Assembly (NCBI GenBank): GCA_002269645.1
Contig: NIVC01001291.1
Coordinates: forward strand, 62,001 to 126,000
DNA length: 64,000 bases
Source: Macrostomum lignano
Lineage: Eukaryota
Reading direction: 5' to 3'
The translations under genes were made by a program, and so were the position numbers. Positions 23,939-35,409 of the stretch are shown piece after piece. Below the pieces are notes generated by a model. It ran no database searches, had not been told where the DNA came from, and worked only from the letters and a program-made list of their open reading frames with translations. Every line of letters begins with the position of its first letter. Positions within the stretch are counted from its first letter, which is position 1.

Positions 23939-26225
23939 TGACAGAAGATAGCAAACAATGCACTAAGGTGACAGTAAACTCACCAAGTATAAGCAAATGA
24001 TACAATGCTCTATCTTTTATGACGATTAAAATGAGATATTGCAATAATTATACACGAATTTAAAAATGTTTGTCTTACATTTAGGAATAATGCGAGACCA
24101 TCGAGACTGTGTTAAGGAGCGACTGATTTGTACATGTTTATACGCGTGTGCGGAAAAGAGTGAAACTGAAAAGTGATAAGATAAAATGTTATGTACAATT
24201 AAGACGCATATTTGCCGTTGTCGACACAACTTTCAAAGGCCTATAGATAATGCATAGTAGCCCAAAAGTATTGCACTAATGGGTGACGAGGTATCGTCCC
24301 GCTGTTTACTTTTTTTGAAAGCAAAAACACTTGCAATTGCCAGGATTGGCATGAATAAAACTGCAAATGCACCCAACAGAGGGACAGAGAGTGGCGAATG
24401 GCATATACATATGTATTGCATCTGCAGTTTGGACTGTTTTCAACCATACAGCTGAATAATAATAGAGGTAAGAGAGCTGCTTGTAGATGAATGCAGCTCA
24501 ACAAAGTTTTTAGTTTGATATTCGAAAATTGCAGCATGCGCTTGCATTCGCAGAGTGAGGGATGAATAGTATTAATATATGCTCACTATATGCCACACAA
24601 TTGCCAGCTTATAATCAACACAATAGGCCAAAAATGAAGCTCACTGCAACCACCTGCTACTTTAAAACCCCCCTCCCCTGTTGATGTGACTGAAATATTC
24701 GACTCACCTATATAATAAACTAATATACAAATAATGCCCATAAAAACTGCTGAACTATTATTATGAAGCAATGCCTGCACGCGGTGGCTATTCAAGTCAA
24801 ATCTTCTTCAACCAGGTGCTCCGGCGCCGGTGTGCATATGCCTTCCATCTCATTCTTAAAAAGCTTGAGTTCTTGAAGAATGGCAGAGCACACGGAGAGA
24901 AGCACAAAGCAGCTAACAGTATGAGCTGCCCGTGTTTAGCCTGGGGGTGCAGGGCTGGGCGGGTCCGCTAAGGCGGCACGCAGCTGCAACAGCAAAAGCA
25001 GCCCCTCCACACCACTCCGACGTGCTCAGCCAGGCGCGTCTGCTTGCCTCACTCGGAGAAGAAAAATGCAGTCGTGATCGCCTGCAGCCATAATAGCGAG
25101 CACTGCATTGTTCTGACCCAGCCCCAGCCCGCTGTCATAACCCTCTCCCTCTCTCCCCCCGAAGAACTCCAAGACCCAACAATGAGGCGGTGAGGGTCAG
25201 GCGACGGTCGCGGCCCCCCAAACTGCACAGCACTGGCCACGCACACAGCCGCCCGCCGTGAGGAGCCCTATAAGTAGGACCGAGCTGAGCCCAGAGCTAA
25301 ACTTAAAGAGCTCGGAGCTTCAGCTTGACTATTACAGCGGCTTATTAGTATATTCTACTACTATAGCCAGCCTGACAGACCAAAACAGATCCGGTAGCGC
25401 TGGGCGAGCAGGTGACATGCGAAGACTGCAATAGCAATATTTAATCTCAATTGTTGCAAATTGCGCAATAAAAAAGCGCCTAAAATCGTATTGCACCTTC
25501 CCCGCTCAAACGCTATCGGATTAAATCGGCCAGTCAACAATACATAATATTGGAGATTCCCAGTCGTAATGCAATACCAATAACAAACTTTTCAATTCCC
25601 CATTATTTCAGGTTTCCACAACACACCTGCGCACTTCAAGAGAGACAATGAAGAAAACAGCAATAACACAACATCATTTAATAAACGTGTATATTTAACA
25701 CCGCTAAGTTGAGAAATTATATTTGATATAGTAGTGTATTTTTTTACTTTTCAACGCTCTAGCATTACTCATTGCTAGTAGTATGATGCGGGCTAGATAG
25801 ACAAGGGCAGTGCAGGATGTAGAGAAATGGAGACTGACAGCAACAGATGATGCGTATTTAATGAATTTTTACAGCAGAGATGACCGACTGCGCTAAAAAC
25901 GGGGAACAGAACAGAAATAAGTGCCGCGATGACAAAATCGCATAATTTTAAGAGAGCTAATCAGCAATCAACTTTTACAGTTACATTTGTACTAATCAAC
26001 TATGGCTGAAGGTATATCAGCATAACTTGACAGTTGAAAAGAGAAAAACAAATTTATACAAAACAGTTCAATTTGACAGATTGGCTAAATAATAAAAAAT
26101 TACTTGATTAAAAAACGGCCAAACTTTTAGTATGAAAAATGTAGCTATTTAGCAATAATTTTGCCCTGCTGCCACGCTGTAATTAATGAGTTAATTTAGT
26201 CAAAGAAAACCCGGGGATTCGGGCC

Positions 26226-27241
26226 TTAGCCACTCTTGCCCTGCGGCACAGCCGGCAAGCTGCCCTTCTTCTTCAGCAACACAGGATGGATAGAGGGCAG
26301 CACGCCGCCAAAGCTGATGTGCACGTGCTTCAACAGTTCGTTCAGTTCGGCGTCGTTGCGCACGCCTAGCATGATGTGCCTGGGCGTGACGGTCTTCCTC
26401 TTGTTAGCCCTGGCAGCGTTGCCTGCATGTTGGCGTTTTGTGCGGAGCGGGGGGAGAACAAATCTAAGCTTGACTTGCTACTGATAAGTAGCACCATTGG
26501 CGCATGGGAGAAAAAGAATGCATTTTTTTCAGTCCTGTTGAGCTTGAACCGTCATGAGCTTAGGTCCGTGATTTAGAATTTTATCATCATAGAGTTACTA
26601 GTAATAGTTCACTGGGCTGGGGTAATGAAGCTACTCTGCTAAGCGGCTGGATTCCAAGTGCAATCACAATAATTTTGGAGCTAAATTGGAATCTCGGCTT
26701 GGCTCTGCTTGCGCAATTAACGCGGCTTTGAGGCCCACAACCAGGGCACAGTGAAGTGTTCATGCCTAAATATAAGTGCGTACGCATCCGCGCGCTTGTG
26801 TGCCTGCTCAGGGGAGTCGGTGGAATGGGCAGCAACGCATCTCGCCGGTTGTGACCTTAAGTGTCGCTTAAAGTGCGCCAGGGTGCACACAGGTCCCCTG
26901 ACTCTAATAAAAGTAGAGAGCTACGCTGATTCCCCTTAGTAGCAATCATTCATTCTAAACTAATATGATATGCAAAATTATTATATCATATTACCGTGTA
27001 CACATTCAACGGCTTGAGTAGAGCTCTTACCGCTTAGTTCGTTGACCTCCGCAACCAGGTACTCCATGACGGCGGCAAGGTAGACGCTGGCGCCGACGCT
27101 AACTTTCTTACCGTAGCGACCGAGTTTCAGGTAGCGATGAACCCTAGCAACCGGCATAACTAGTCCGGCGCGAGACGATTTGCTTTTCTGCTGCTTTCCA
27201 GTAGATTTTCTGGCAGCTTTACCACCGGCACGACCAGACAT
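26226..27241 (-). CDS. H2A: Divergent, intron-containing histone H2A variant (exons 27241-27031 and 26422-26226; 135 aa)
   Basis: [27 protein letters not shown]|NAAR.NK, TPRHI, RND.EL, GGVLP.IHP.LL.KK. Phase-1 intron AGCG|GTAAG..TGCAG|GCAAC rejoins the Gly codon. Confidence 0.92.
26529..26590 (-). ncRNA. C/D-box snoRNA (copy 1) in the H2A intron, predicted 28S rRNA 2'-O-methylation guide
   Basis: Minus strand: C box ATGATGA ... GGTTCAAGCTCAACAGGA-CTGA (D box). The 14-nt guide is complementary to the conserved LSU rRNA motif CCUGUUGAGCUUGA. Confidence 0.8.
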
Positions 27242-27349
27242 GATTGGCTAACTCGATCAGCTGGAATTATTAAATAGAAGATGCGGCGTTTGCAGTAACA
27301 ACTTGTTTGGTTTTAAAATGAATTGATAGTTAACAAATTGAATAGATTC

Positions 27350-27412
27350 TCAGTCCTGTTGAGCTTGAACCATCACTGTTTTTGTAGTTCAGGTTAAGAA
27401 TTTTATCATCAT
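27350..27412 (-). ncRNA. C/D-box snoRNA (copy 2) upstream of the H2A ATG, probably in a 5'UTR intron or outron
   Basis: Minus strand: ATGATGA-TAAAATTCTTAAC-CTGA(D')-ACTACAAAAACAG-TGATG(C')-GTTCAAGCTCAACAGGA-CTGA(D); an acceptor-like TTCCAG lies about 90 nt downstream. Confidence 0.83.
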
Positions 27413-29570
27413 GATATTTAGATAGAATATTAAAGATAGATATATCTGTAAACATTACTATAGTTAGTTTAGGTAATAATAAAAAAAATAAATGCCCAAA
27501 CTAATTGGATTTTTAATAACCTGCAGGGTTGAGGCAGTGGGATGGGAACCAAAGATGCAAGATTCAAAAGCTTTCTACAGAATAAGAGGCAATAGCATTG
27601 GAAAGATTTGTCAGCATAGTTTAATATTAATACATTATAGTCAAGGTGGTATAGTACATATCATGGTCCCATAAAACTATAAAGTACCATAGAAAGTGAC
27701 TTTGTTAGAAAATTCTGGCATATTTTTGCCTTTAACTAAGAATCTTAGTGTATATAATTTTGGGTTTAATATTAGCATATAGTTGGTATGCAAAAATGGC
27801 CCATTTTCCAGTTTTTGCATTTATGGTATAACTGGACATTGATCAAAGAAAACTTAAAAAAGGAAGCTAAAATAAAAATAATGTCCAACTTACAAAGAAA
27901 AAAAAATTATAGAAATAAAATGACACTTCCATACTTTAATAAAACATCTTGCTTCTGAAAGAATGTATAAAAAGTTGGCATAGAAATTTTATATATGCAC
28001 TAATGAACTAGGGAGGGGTGATAAAATCTGGATTGTAGGAGGCTAGAATTCCTATGAATTATTCAAAACTTTTAAACAAATGACAGCAGATAACAAAGCA
28101 TAATATGATGTAAAGAAAAAATAGTAAGCCACAAAATTTTTGAAAGGTATAGTATAGTATAATATTAAGAATAAAAGGTGCTCCATATGACAATTATTAT
28201 TGTAGCCAAAAAAATATATATATATTCACTAAAAGTTATTTTATCAAAAAATTGTGTTTTTGGTTTTGTTCATAACTTTTATTATTTCTTTCTTAATTTA
28301 ATTTTGATATATTTTTCTATTAAAAACATTTAGACATTTTTTGACTTACATTTTATAGCATTCTACAATAATTATGGCTATGGTTATGGGAAATTTAGGG
28401 TGGCACTTTTTCAAGCAAAATTTGATTACAGACTGCAACTATGGAGATCTTGCCAATTGGCAAAGATATGGTTATGGATTATAGAGATTTGGAGCATCAT
28501 ATATAATTTCTTGTAACAATATAAATCAAGCAGAATTTTTTTTGTAAAAAAGGTTTATTTTATTTAAATTTTTATATTTTTGGCTAAAAAAATAAACACA
28601 ATATTGGCTATCTCATATAAAATGCATCTATATTTATAGTACCAAACTAAACATACCTAAATCTAAGAGTTTTTGCTTTTTGTTTAATTGCTTTTGCTTT
28701 GTCTTCACATTTTGGTCTTTGCCTTTGAAAATTAGGGTTTTTTGTTAATTTATAATTTGGCTACAAAAAAAATGGAATACAGAGATTTGACTAATTTTGG
28801 CTACAAAGATAAAAAGGTATAACAATACAATAGAGCATTATATTTTACCACTATTTTTTAATTATTGTGTATCTACATTTACAAGTCCTACTTTCAGTAC
28901 TTTATAGGAAAAATACACTCTAAAAGTCAAAGCATTTATCACAACAAAACAGTCAACTTTTTTACTCTTAAATCTATTTTTATAAACAAAATATTTATTT
29001 AAACTTCTCAATAAGATATATATAATTAAGTGCAATAATTCAATTTTTAATTTTAAAAATCTTACTAGAGTCTCTAAAATAAACTAAGTATGCATTAGCC
29101 TTGCATGCCAAAAGTAGGTATACACAATTGGCATGCATCACACCTAAGAAAATATTATGCATGGATGTATTATGCGCTTTAAAAAATCATGCAAAAAAGT
29201 TATTGTGAAGTAGAAAAAAAGATGAAAAAAGTTCATTTCTAAGTATAAATTTCAAGCTTTCTAGTTTTTTAGTACGTAACAAAATAGTTAATAAAATCTT
29301 TGAGTATCAATTCTTTTCAATAAATAATATTGCCAAAAAGTAAAAAAATTATCAAATTATCTCCCAAAAAGGTTCATTACACAATCGAAAAAGATCTTTT
29401 ATTGTCATAATATTGGCATAGTTATAAGAATGGGCATACACTCCATTTTTAATATAGGCCACTATATTTGTAAATATTCAATTTTTATTCAGGTGTGCAC
29501 CCAGCATGATCTAGATTCTAGACTATGGCTATATGGGGCCTAATAATATATAATATAGCTTAGACCCTAA

Positions 29571-31466
29571 GGTAGGGGGTCCAGTGAGAAAATTTTTTTC
29601 TGAATTCTTAACTTTTAACTATGCCATTTTGTAGATCTGGATGTTCTGATTGAAATGACACCAAGGTTTTGAAAATTGGTTCAGTAATAAAAAAGTTATT
29701 GAGGTTTTTCTTCTGAAAAAATGCATTTTTTTTGTATCTCAAATACACTAGAAACTGTGCTGTTTTTGGAGGAAAAAATATGTTTTTTGCAGTAAAATCT
29801 GTATAACATTTTTATTTTTCAACCAATCTTGGTGCTTTTGGTGTCATTTTGTAGCATTTTGTTTCCACTTTTTGATCCTGTATTCTGATGTGTACATGTG
29901 TTGCTGGAATTAATGCACTTTAGTGGAGATTGGCAAAAATTTGTTAAATACTATTTTTCCTGGGATATATTACTTTTACTTATTTAGGGTATATCTCTAT
30001 AATTCCTGAACCAATCTTATTGTTTTTGGTGTCATTTTGTAGCTCTTTGTTGCCACTTGTGGATCTTATATTCTACTAGGCACATATGCTGCTAGGGTGT
30101 ATGGAATTCAGTGGAAATGGATTATTTCAAAAGTTATAGCCACAGAAAGAAGACCACTTTTTTGCCATTTTTCCCTTCTGCACAAGCCAAAAACAGGCTC
30201 ACTGGACCCCTATTGGAATAAGTTTTCAGACACTGTGGACAGTGCATCTAGTGCGCCATGGCAATCATAAAGTGGCCTGGACGGTGCGTCATGACAATCT
30301 TCAAATCCTAAGGTGGTATGGACGATGTGTCATTCAAATCTTCAAATCCTAGGGTGCCATAGCACTCTAGGTTTAGGTGATATTGTGCATGACTCCAGTC
30401 TCTATCATGTTCATTCTGATGATGCATCACTCGTTTTTGAGATTTAAAGAGATTGAGAGAAAGTTGTGTGTTTTACCGCACTTGTGTTTTACTGCACTCT
30501 GTTCTGTACTGTACTTCTGCCCCCTTCTGTTGTAGTTGTATCTATTTCTTAATTCTTAGTCTACTCGTCTTTTGACTTACAAAGTTACATTGTTGGTCTA
30601 TTCAAAGAAAAATAAATAATGTAAATAGTGTGGCAATTGCATCAGTGAGTACTTAAAATAATTACGAACACTAAAACCCTTTACTTCAATTTGGCTAATC
30701 GGTTAATACAAAATGAAGAAACTCCGTGATGAACAACACAGAGTTCACGAACAAACAAAATTGTCTTTGCCTTATCCACACACTTTTTCAGTAGTAGTTG
30801 TAGCACTTTGGCTCGGGTTGGGTTATCAAATCTGATAACTATTTAGCATGGTGTTTCGAAGAATATTTTCACATTTAAATGTCAGCATAAATAAATGTCT
30901 GCGCAACCAATCAAAAAGATAATTAAACAAAGCAGAAAATTTGTTGAGACTTTTAATAGAATTTAGTTTACTTTTTTATTTCTTGCAACTGCGTTATAAG
31001 AGAACATTAAGAGCAATTAGCATTTGGCACTATGTTATAATGTTTATGAGGCAATAAAGAACATTTCTGCTGCGATCTTTCAACTACAATTTCCAATTTT
31101 ACGATTAACTTGCATGCATATTCTAGATGACACAGCAATCAATACATATGATAGGAGATATGCTATACTATAGCCCATAGCAATATTATCAAAGTTATAG
31201 AAATTAGAAAAACAAGTTTTACTTACAGTTTGCTGAATTTCCACCGTGCTGCTGACTTTCTCCTGTGCATGCTTCTCATCCTTGTTCAGCAGCGCTGTAT
31301 GTAGCGCGTGATGTCCTCCTTGCATCTTACCTGTGAGCTGCTGTGCGTCATGGCGCATGGCGCGCGTAGCGCGCCATGCGCCATGACTATGAGGAAAAAG
31401 AAAAAGTGCGCCGGACGCCGTCCGCGAAAATACCACTTATTCCAATAGGGCACTGGACCCCCTACC
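29571..31466. mobile_element. Non-autonomous PIF/Harbinger-type MITE (about 645 bp once the nested insert is removed)
   Basis: 18-bp TIR GGTAGGGGGTCCAGTGAG (29571-29588; the right copy is split by the insert and ends CACTGGACCCCCTACC at 31466); TAA target duplication at 29568-29570 and 31467-31469. Confidence 0.82.
30208..31450. mobile_element. Non-autonomous DNA transposon (1243 bp) with an 8-bp TSD (hAT/P/Merlin-type size), nested in the MITE right TIR
   Basis: Perfect 16-bp TIR CCCTATTGGAATAAGT (30208-30223 / 31435-31450); TSD CACTGGAC at 30200-30207 and 31451-31458; subterminal GCGCCATG/GCGTCATG motifs; no transposase ORF. Confidence 0.88.
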
Positions 31467-32599
31467 TAAGGCCTAACAATAACTAACAAAAAATTTATAA
31501 ACATATAATGGCCTGACTAGAATATTCAATTTTTAGCACTAAATTTAAATAGGCAAATATTATTAGCATTTATAGCTTGTGCAAAAAATATACTAGTATT
31601 GTTAAAAATAGACTAAAAAAGTAAAGTAAAACAAAAACTTTTTCATTATTTATTGAAATATAATTATGATCTTCAACTTTGCTATTCAGTATGGCACATA
31701 GCATGATCTCCACTATGACCTATGCCATAATAGCAGCTAGGCTAGGCCTATTAATTTAAGCCCTCTATAATAGGCATTAGGATAGGCCTAGCCTAGGCCT
31801 AGGCCTACCCCACTGGCACTGTTCCTTAAGATGTAATCTGCGCTGTGGACTACCTAATTGATCTGATTAACAGCCAGACTTCGTTTTTAGCACATTAGAT
31901 ATGGTTCCCTGTCTCGAATCGTGTTGGCAGGCTTGCGACATAGTCATAGGCCTAGTAACCTAGTTATGCTTTGCATAGAAAGGAAGTAGAGCCTAGTATT
32001 TAAAAATATTGTACTGTTATCAGACTTAAGGGATTTAGAAAGGAAGAACAATAATCTTCAACAATATATTGATCAATAAACTAGGAGCACGGTTTTCTTT
32101 AAGCCGTTTTCTTGTAAGTGGGTCTAGAGAGAGGGATAAGAGAAGCAGAGTGGCTGACTCTTGTGGACGAAATATTCGTTGTTAAATAAATCTTCGTGGA
32201 TTGATCAAACGAATTTAGAAACATTTTAAATAAGCTATGACAAACTTAAACAAAACCTAATATACTTTTTATATAATAAAGAACTTTAATTAAAAATTGC
32301 TGCAAAAACTAATTTAAATATTTTTTTACTTTGGTTATTACCCTGTTTTTTACTTTAAATTTTAAGTAGGAAGGGCTAGTGCAAACGCATAAAAAGAGAA
32401 TTAATAAATAGCTAACTAAAACGACTGATTTTATTGCAAAAGTAAGAGCTCGAAAGATTGTCAGTAAAATAAATAGCGAACGAAAACTTCGATGATTCTG
32501 CTAAGTATGAAAAATACTGGACAAAAATATAAAGTGGGACTTGCCAAAAAGCCTTTGATGGCCTAGAGTATGATAATTAATCAATTAACAACCATAATT

Positions 32600-32894
32600 C
32601 TGGCTTCGCCATAATAAAAGCTAATGGGGGTGGACAAGCCAATGCTTTGTACCCCCACCCCACTTTGTGACCCGTTATGCTAATCAATAATTTTTCTTTA
32701 GGGCGCCAAAGTGTAGCGTTTTTTGCGCCAAAATGAGTGCCTGTGGCGCTAAAATGAGTGCCTGGGGCGCCCAAAATGAGTGCTGGCAAAACGATTCTCA
32801 AAATAATGAAAATGTGGGAATTTAGTCATGTACATGTTCATGTTAAATTCTTTAGCTTTGTCCCCCCACCATAAAATCTATGGCGACGCCTCTG
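32600..32894. mobile_element. Possible small MITE with degenerate ends and internal ~21-bp GCGCCAAAATGAGTGCCT repeats
   Basis: Left GGCTTCGCCATA..GGGGGTGGACAAG resembles the reverse complement of the right end CTTTGTCCCCCCACC..TATGGCGACGCC; no clear TSD. Confidence 0.35.
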
Positions 32895-32989
32895 CTGGTG
32901 TCTGACGTTCGCAAGGACCTGCGACGACGTCGCCGTGGACTAGCCCTGCCTTTTGTTCCGTGAGGGCTGTCCTGCAGTCCGAGGCCCTG

Positions 32990-33400
32990 CCTGACCGCCA
33001 GAGGGCGGCGTTGTCCCAGGCAGTGATCGATACCGTCCTGTTGTACGACGCCGAGACCTGGACGCTGACGGAATCGCTCGAACAGCAGGTCGATGCGGCG
33101 CACGCTGACTTGCTGCTCGCCGCCTTCAAGATCGGCTACGAGCGAGTCACCAATGCGGCACTCCATCGCCGCGCCAGCCTGTTCCGTCCCAGCGAACTGT
33201 TGCGCCGTCGGCGACTCCAGCTGGTTGGCCATATCATGAGCCGAGTTTACTGGCCGCAGCCGGTGCAGGAGGTGCTGCTGCTGACGCAGCCCTGTGGGGA
33301 CAGGGCGCGCATTCGGCTGCCGGCGGTGCGGCCTACATTTGCGCCCAGCCCTCAAACGCGCCCTAGCTGTGACATTGTCTCACGCCTGACTGGCTGACAA
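32990..33400 (+). mobile_element. 5'-truncated non-LTR retrotransposon fragment (RTE-like, post-RT C-terminus)
   Basis: LLYDAETWTLT...VTNAALHRR....SELLRRRRLQLVGHI matches the LLYG.ETWTL..., V.N..L..R, RRL...GH pattern of RTE-clade ORFs; a second copy lies at 17760-17940. Confidence 0.78.
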
Positions 33401-34557
33401 TGTATTTTATTTGTTGTTTCTTATTGTATTAGTAGCGTAGACGCTTTGTTGATTACTATGTGTATTGAATTTAAATTCGTGTGTGCGCATTACATGCACA
33501 ATTTTTTTAAAGAAGAATACGGGACAACAGTCGGTTTCTTCATTTTGGTTTCGAATTATCTTTCTGCTATTTGCTTAAATTTCGTATGATTTTAATTTTC
33601 ATCGATATGGAATTTCGATATCTAGAAAGCACGGATTGCTTCACGGATCACGGCAGACCAATTGAATTGCTTTCAGACATCAATCTGACACAGAGCACAC
33701 GCTATTACATGTACATTAGCGTTGGCTTCATACAGTGGATTATGCTTCGTGCAATTTCTCTTATTACAAATCATTAATTTTTCGGGGTCTAGGATTTCCA
33801 TATTTAGGATGGAATAATGTTCGCGAGTTCGCATGCTTGTACATGCACATAGATACAGTCCCCCCCCCCGAATTCCATCAACGCAATATGCATTTGGCAT
33901 GCAGAAAGCAGGTCAAGTTTCAGATCGAACTAAACCATATTTAATTAGTTGTTGAGACGCTTCTCTCTCATTTCATCACGTATCGACAATTCCGTATAGC
34001 TTCCAACTACTTTATAACAATTCAGGATGTTGCACTCGCAAATGGTAGAAATTCTATGAAAGGCCGCAATTGCTTCAGCTAAATGTCTATGCTCAGGCGC
34101 GTCGCCACCGGGGGGACCGTCAGGGGGGACATGTCCTTCCAGTAAAAGCTATGGGGGAACATGCCCTGATGCCTGACCATAATATAAATAAGTTAATCAG
34201 ACGGAGCTTTCGATAAAAACTGAAGCCATATCTGTAGCCATCGAATAAAAGTACAAATTCGAAGAGATTTAAGTGGCCTTCATCCTGCTTCCGCCCCTCT
34301 CCCTGCTGCACGATCGAGGGATGGAGCTGTACTCAGCTTTGGCTTTTATAGCCAGCCTCCCCTGTCTTCTCTCCCGTGTCTCGACGCCAATTGCTCCATA
34401 TTGATTTAATGGGCACTCGGAGAGCAGCACAGATTTTGTTATTTACGAGCATTAATAATTATGCCTTATCAACCGCGAAACATATCTATACTGCTGGCCG
34501 CACTTTTTAATAAACACATCTTGTAATATTTGTAAAAATCTACTTCTAGTAAACAGG

Positions 34558-34987
34558 TTCACCTGTTGGAGTGAGCACAGATATCACCACACCTGTTGGA
34601 GTGAGCACACATATTATGCACCTGTTGGAGTGAGCACACATATTATGCACCTGTTGGAGTGAGCACACATCTCACCACACCTGTTGGAGTGAGCACAGCT
34701 ATCACCACACCTGTTGGAGTGAGCACACATCTCACACCTGTTTGAGTGAGCACACATATTATGCACCTGTTGGAGTGAACACACATCTCACCACACCTGT
34801 TGGAGTGAGCACACATCTCACACCTGTTGGAGTGAGCACACATATTATGCACCTGTTGGAGTGAGTACACATCTCACACCTGTTGGAGTGAGCACACATC
34901 TCACACCTGTTGGAGTGAGCACACATATCATGCACCTGTTGGAGTGAGCACACATCTCACACCTGTTGGAGTGAGCACACATCTCAC
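34558..34987. repeat. 27-30-bp minisatellite with core CACCTGTTGGAGTGAGCACA
   Basis: About 15 copies with CATCTCA(CCA)/CATATTATG tails. Confidence 0.93.
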
Positions 34988-35045
34988 CAGCCAGCCGCTA
35001 CAAAGGAAGAGGAGAGGCAGTCACAGAGTGTTTCTCCCGCTCATC

Positions 35046-35102
35046 CTATTGGTCCAAGGCGGAAGGGTGACGCTGCCCTCACTGACCAATCAGGGGGCGG
35101 GA
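35046..35102 (+). promoter_or_regulatory. Candidate proximal promoter (two opposed CCAAT boxes, GGCGGAAG, TGACG, GC box), possibly for the downstream GPCR
   Basis: ATTGG 35048-35052, CCAAT 35086-35090, GGGGGCGGG 35093-35101; a donor-like CCAG|GTGAGA at 35307 could close a 5'UTR exon. The link to the GPCR is inference. Confidence 0.4.
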
Positions 35103-35409
35103 GGGCTCCGATGAGGCGGATGAGTGTGGATAATAGAGCAAGCAAGACAGGCATGGGGAACGGCTGCATCCGCACAAACAATATTGATCAGCACCGCTTC
35201 AGCGTAACCTGCTGCAATTTTGCAAATTAATCATTTTTCAATTCAAAAACGCGCCCTTTTATATCGGTGATCTTGACAGCTCCAAATTTATTAATATTGA
35301 AACCAGGTGAGAAGACAATTTTTTTATTCGTTTAAAATGAATCCGCATGGCTGAGCAAACTCATGCCACTGGGCAAAAAATTGATCAACTTATCAGGTCC
35401 CTTATATCT

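Larger units (their letters stand above)
27420..31840. other. Third AT-rich CpG-depleted block, containing the nested DNA transposons
   Basis: 3 CpG found in 27420-30207 and none in 31470-31840; CpGs are retained only inside 30208-31450. Confidence 0.5.

Noticed and set aside
24026-24537. Possible very old CR1/L2-like LINE C-terminus on the minus strand
   Set aside because: Only a faint resemblance (L..L.RQR, PKCKT..FK) with stops; needs a profile search.
26423-27030. Telomerase RNA or RNase MRP in the H2A intron
   Set aside because: No CCCTAA-permutation template on either strand and no GAAAGUCC conserved region.
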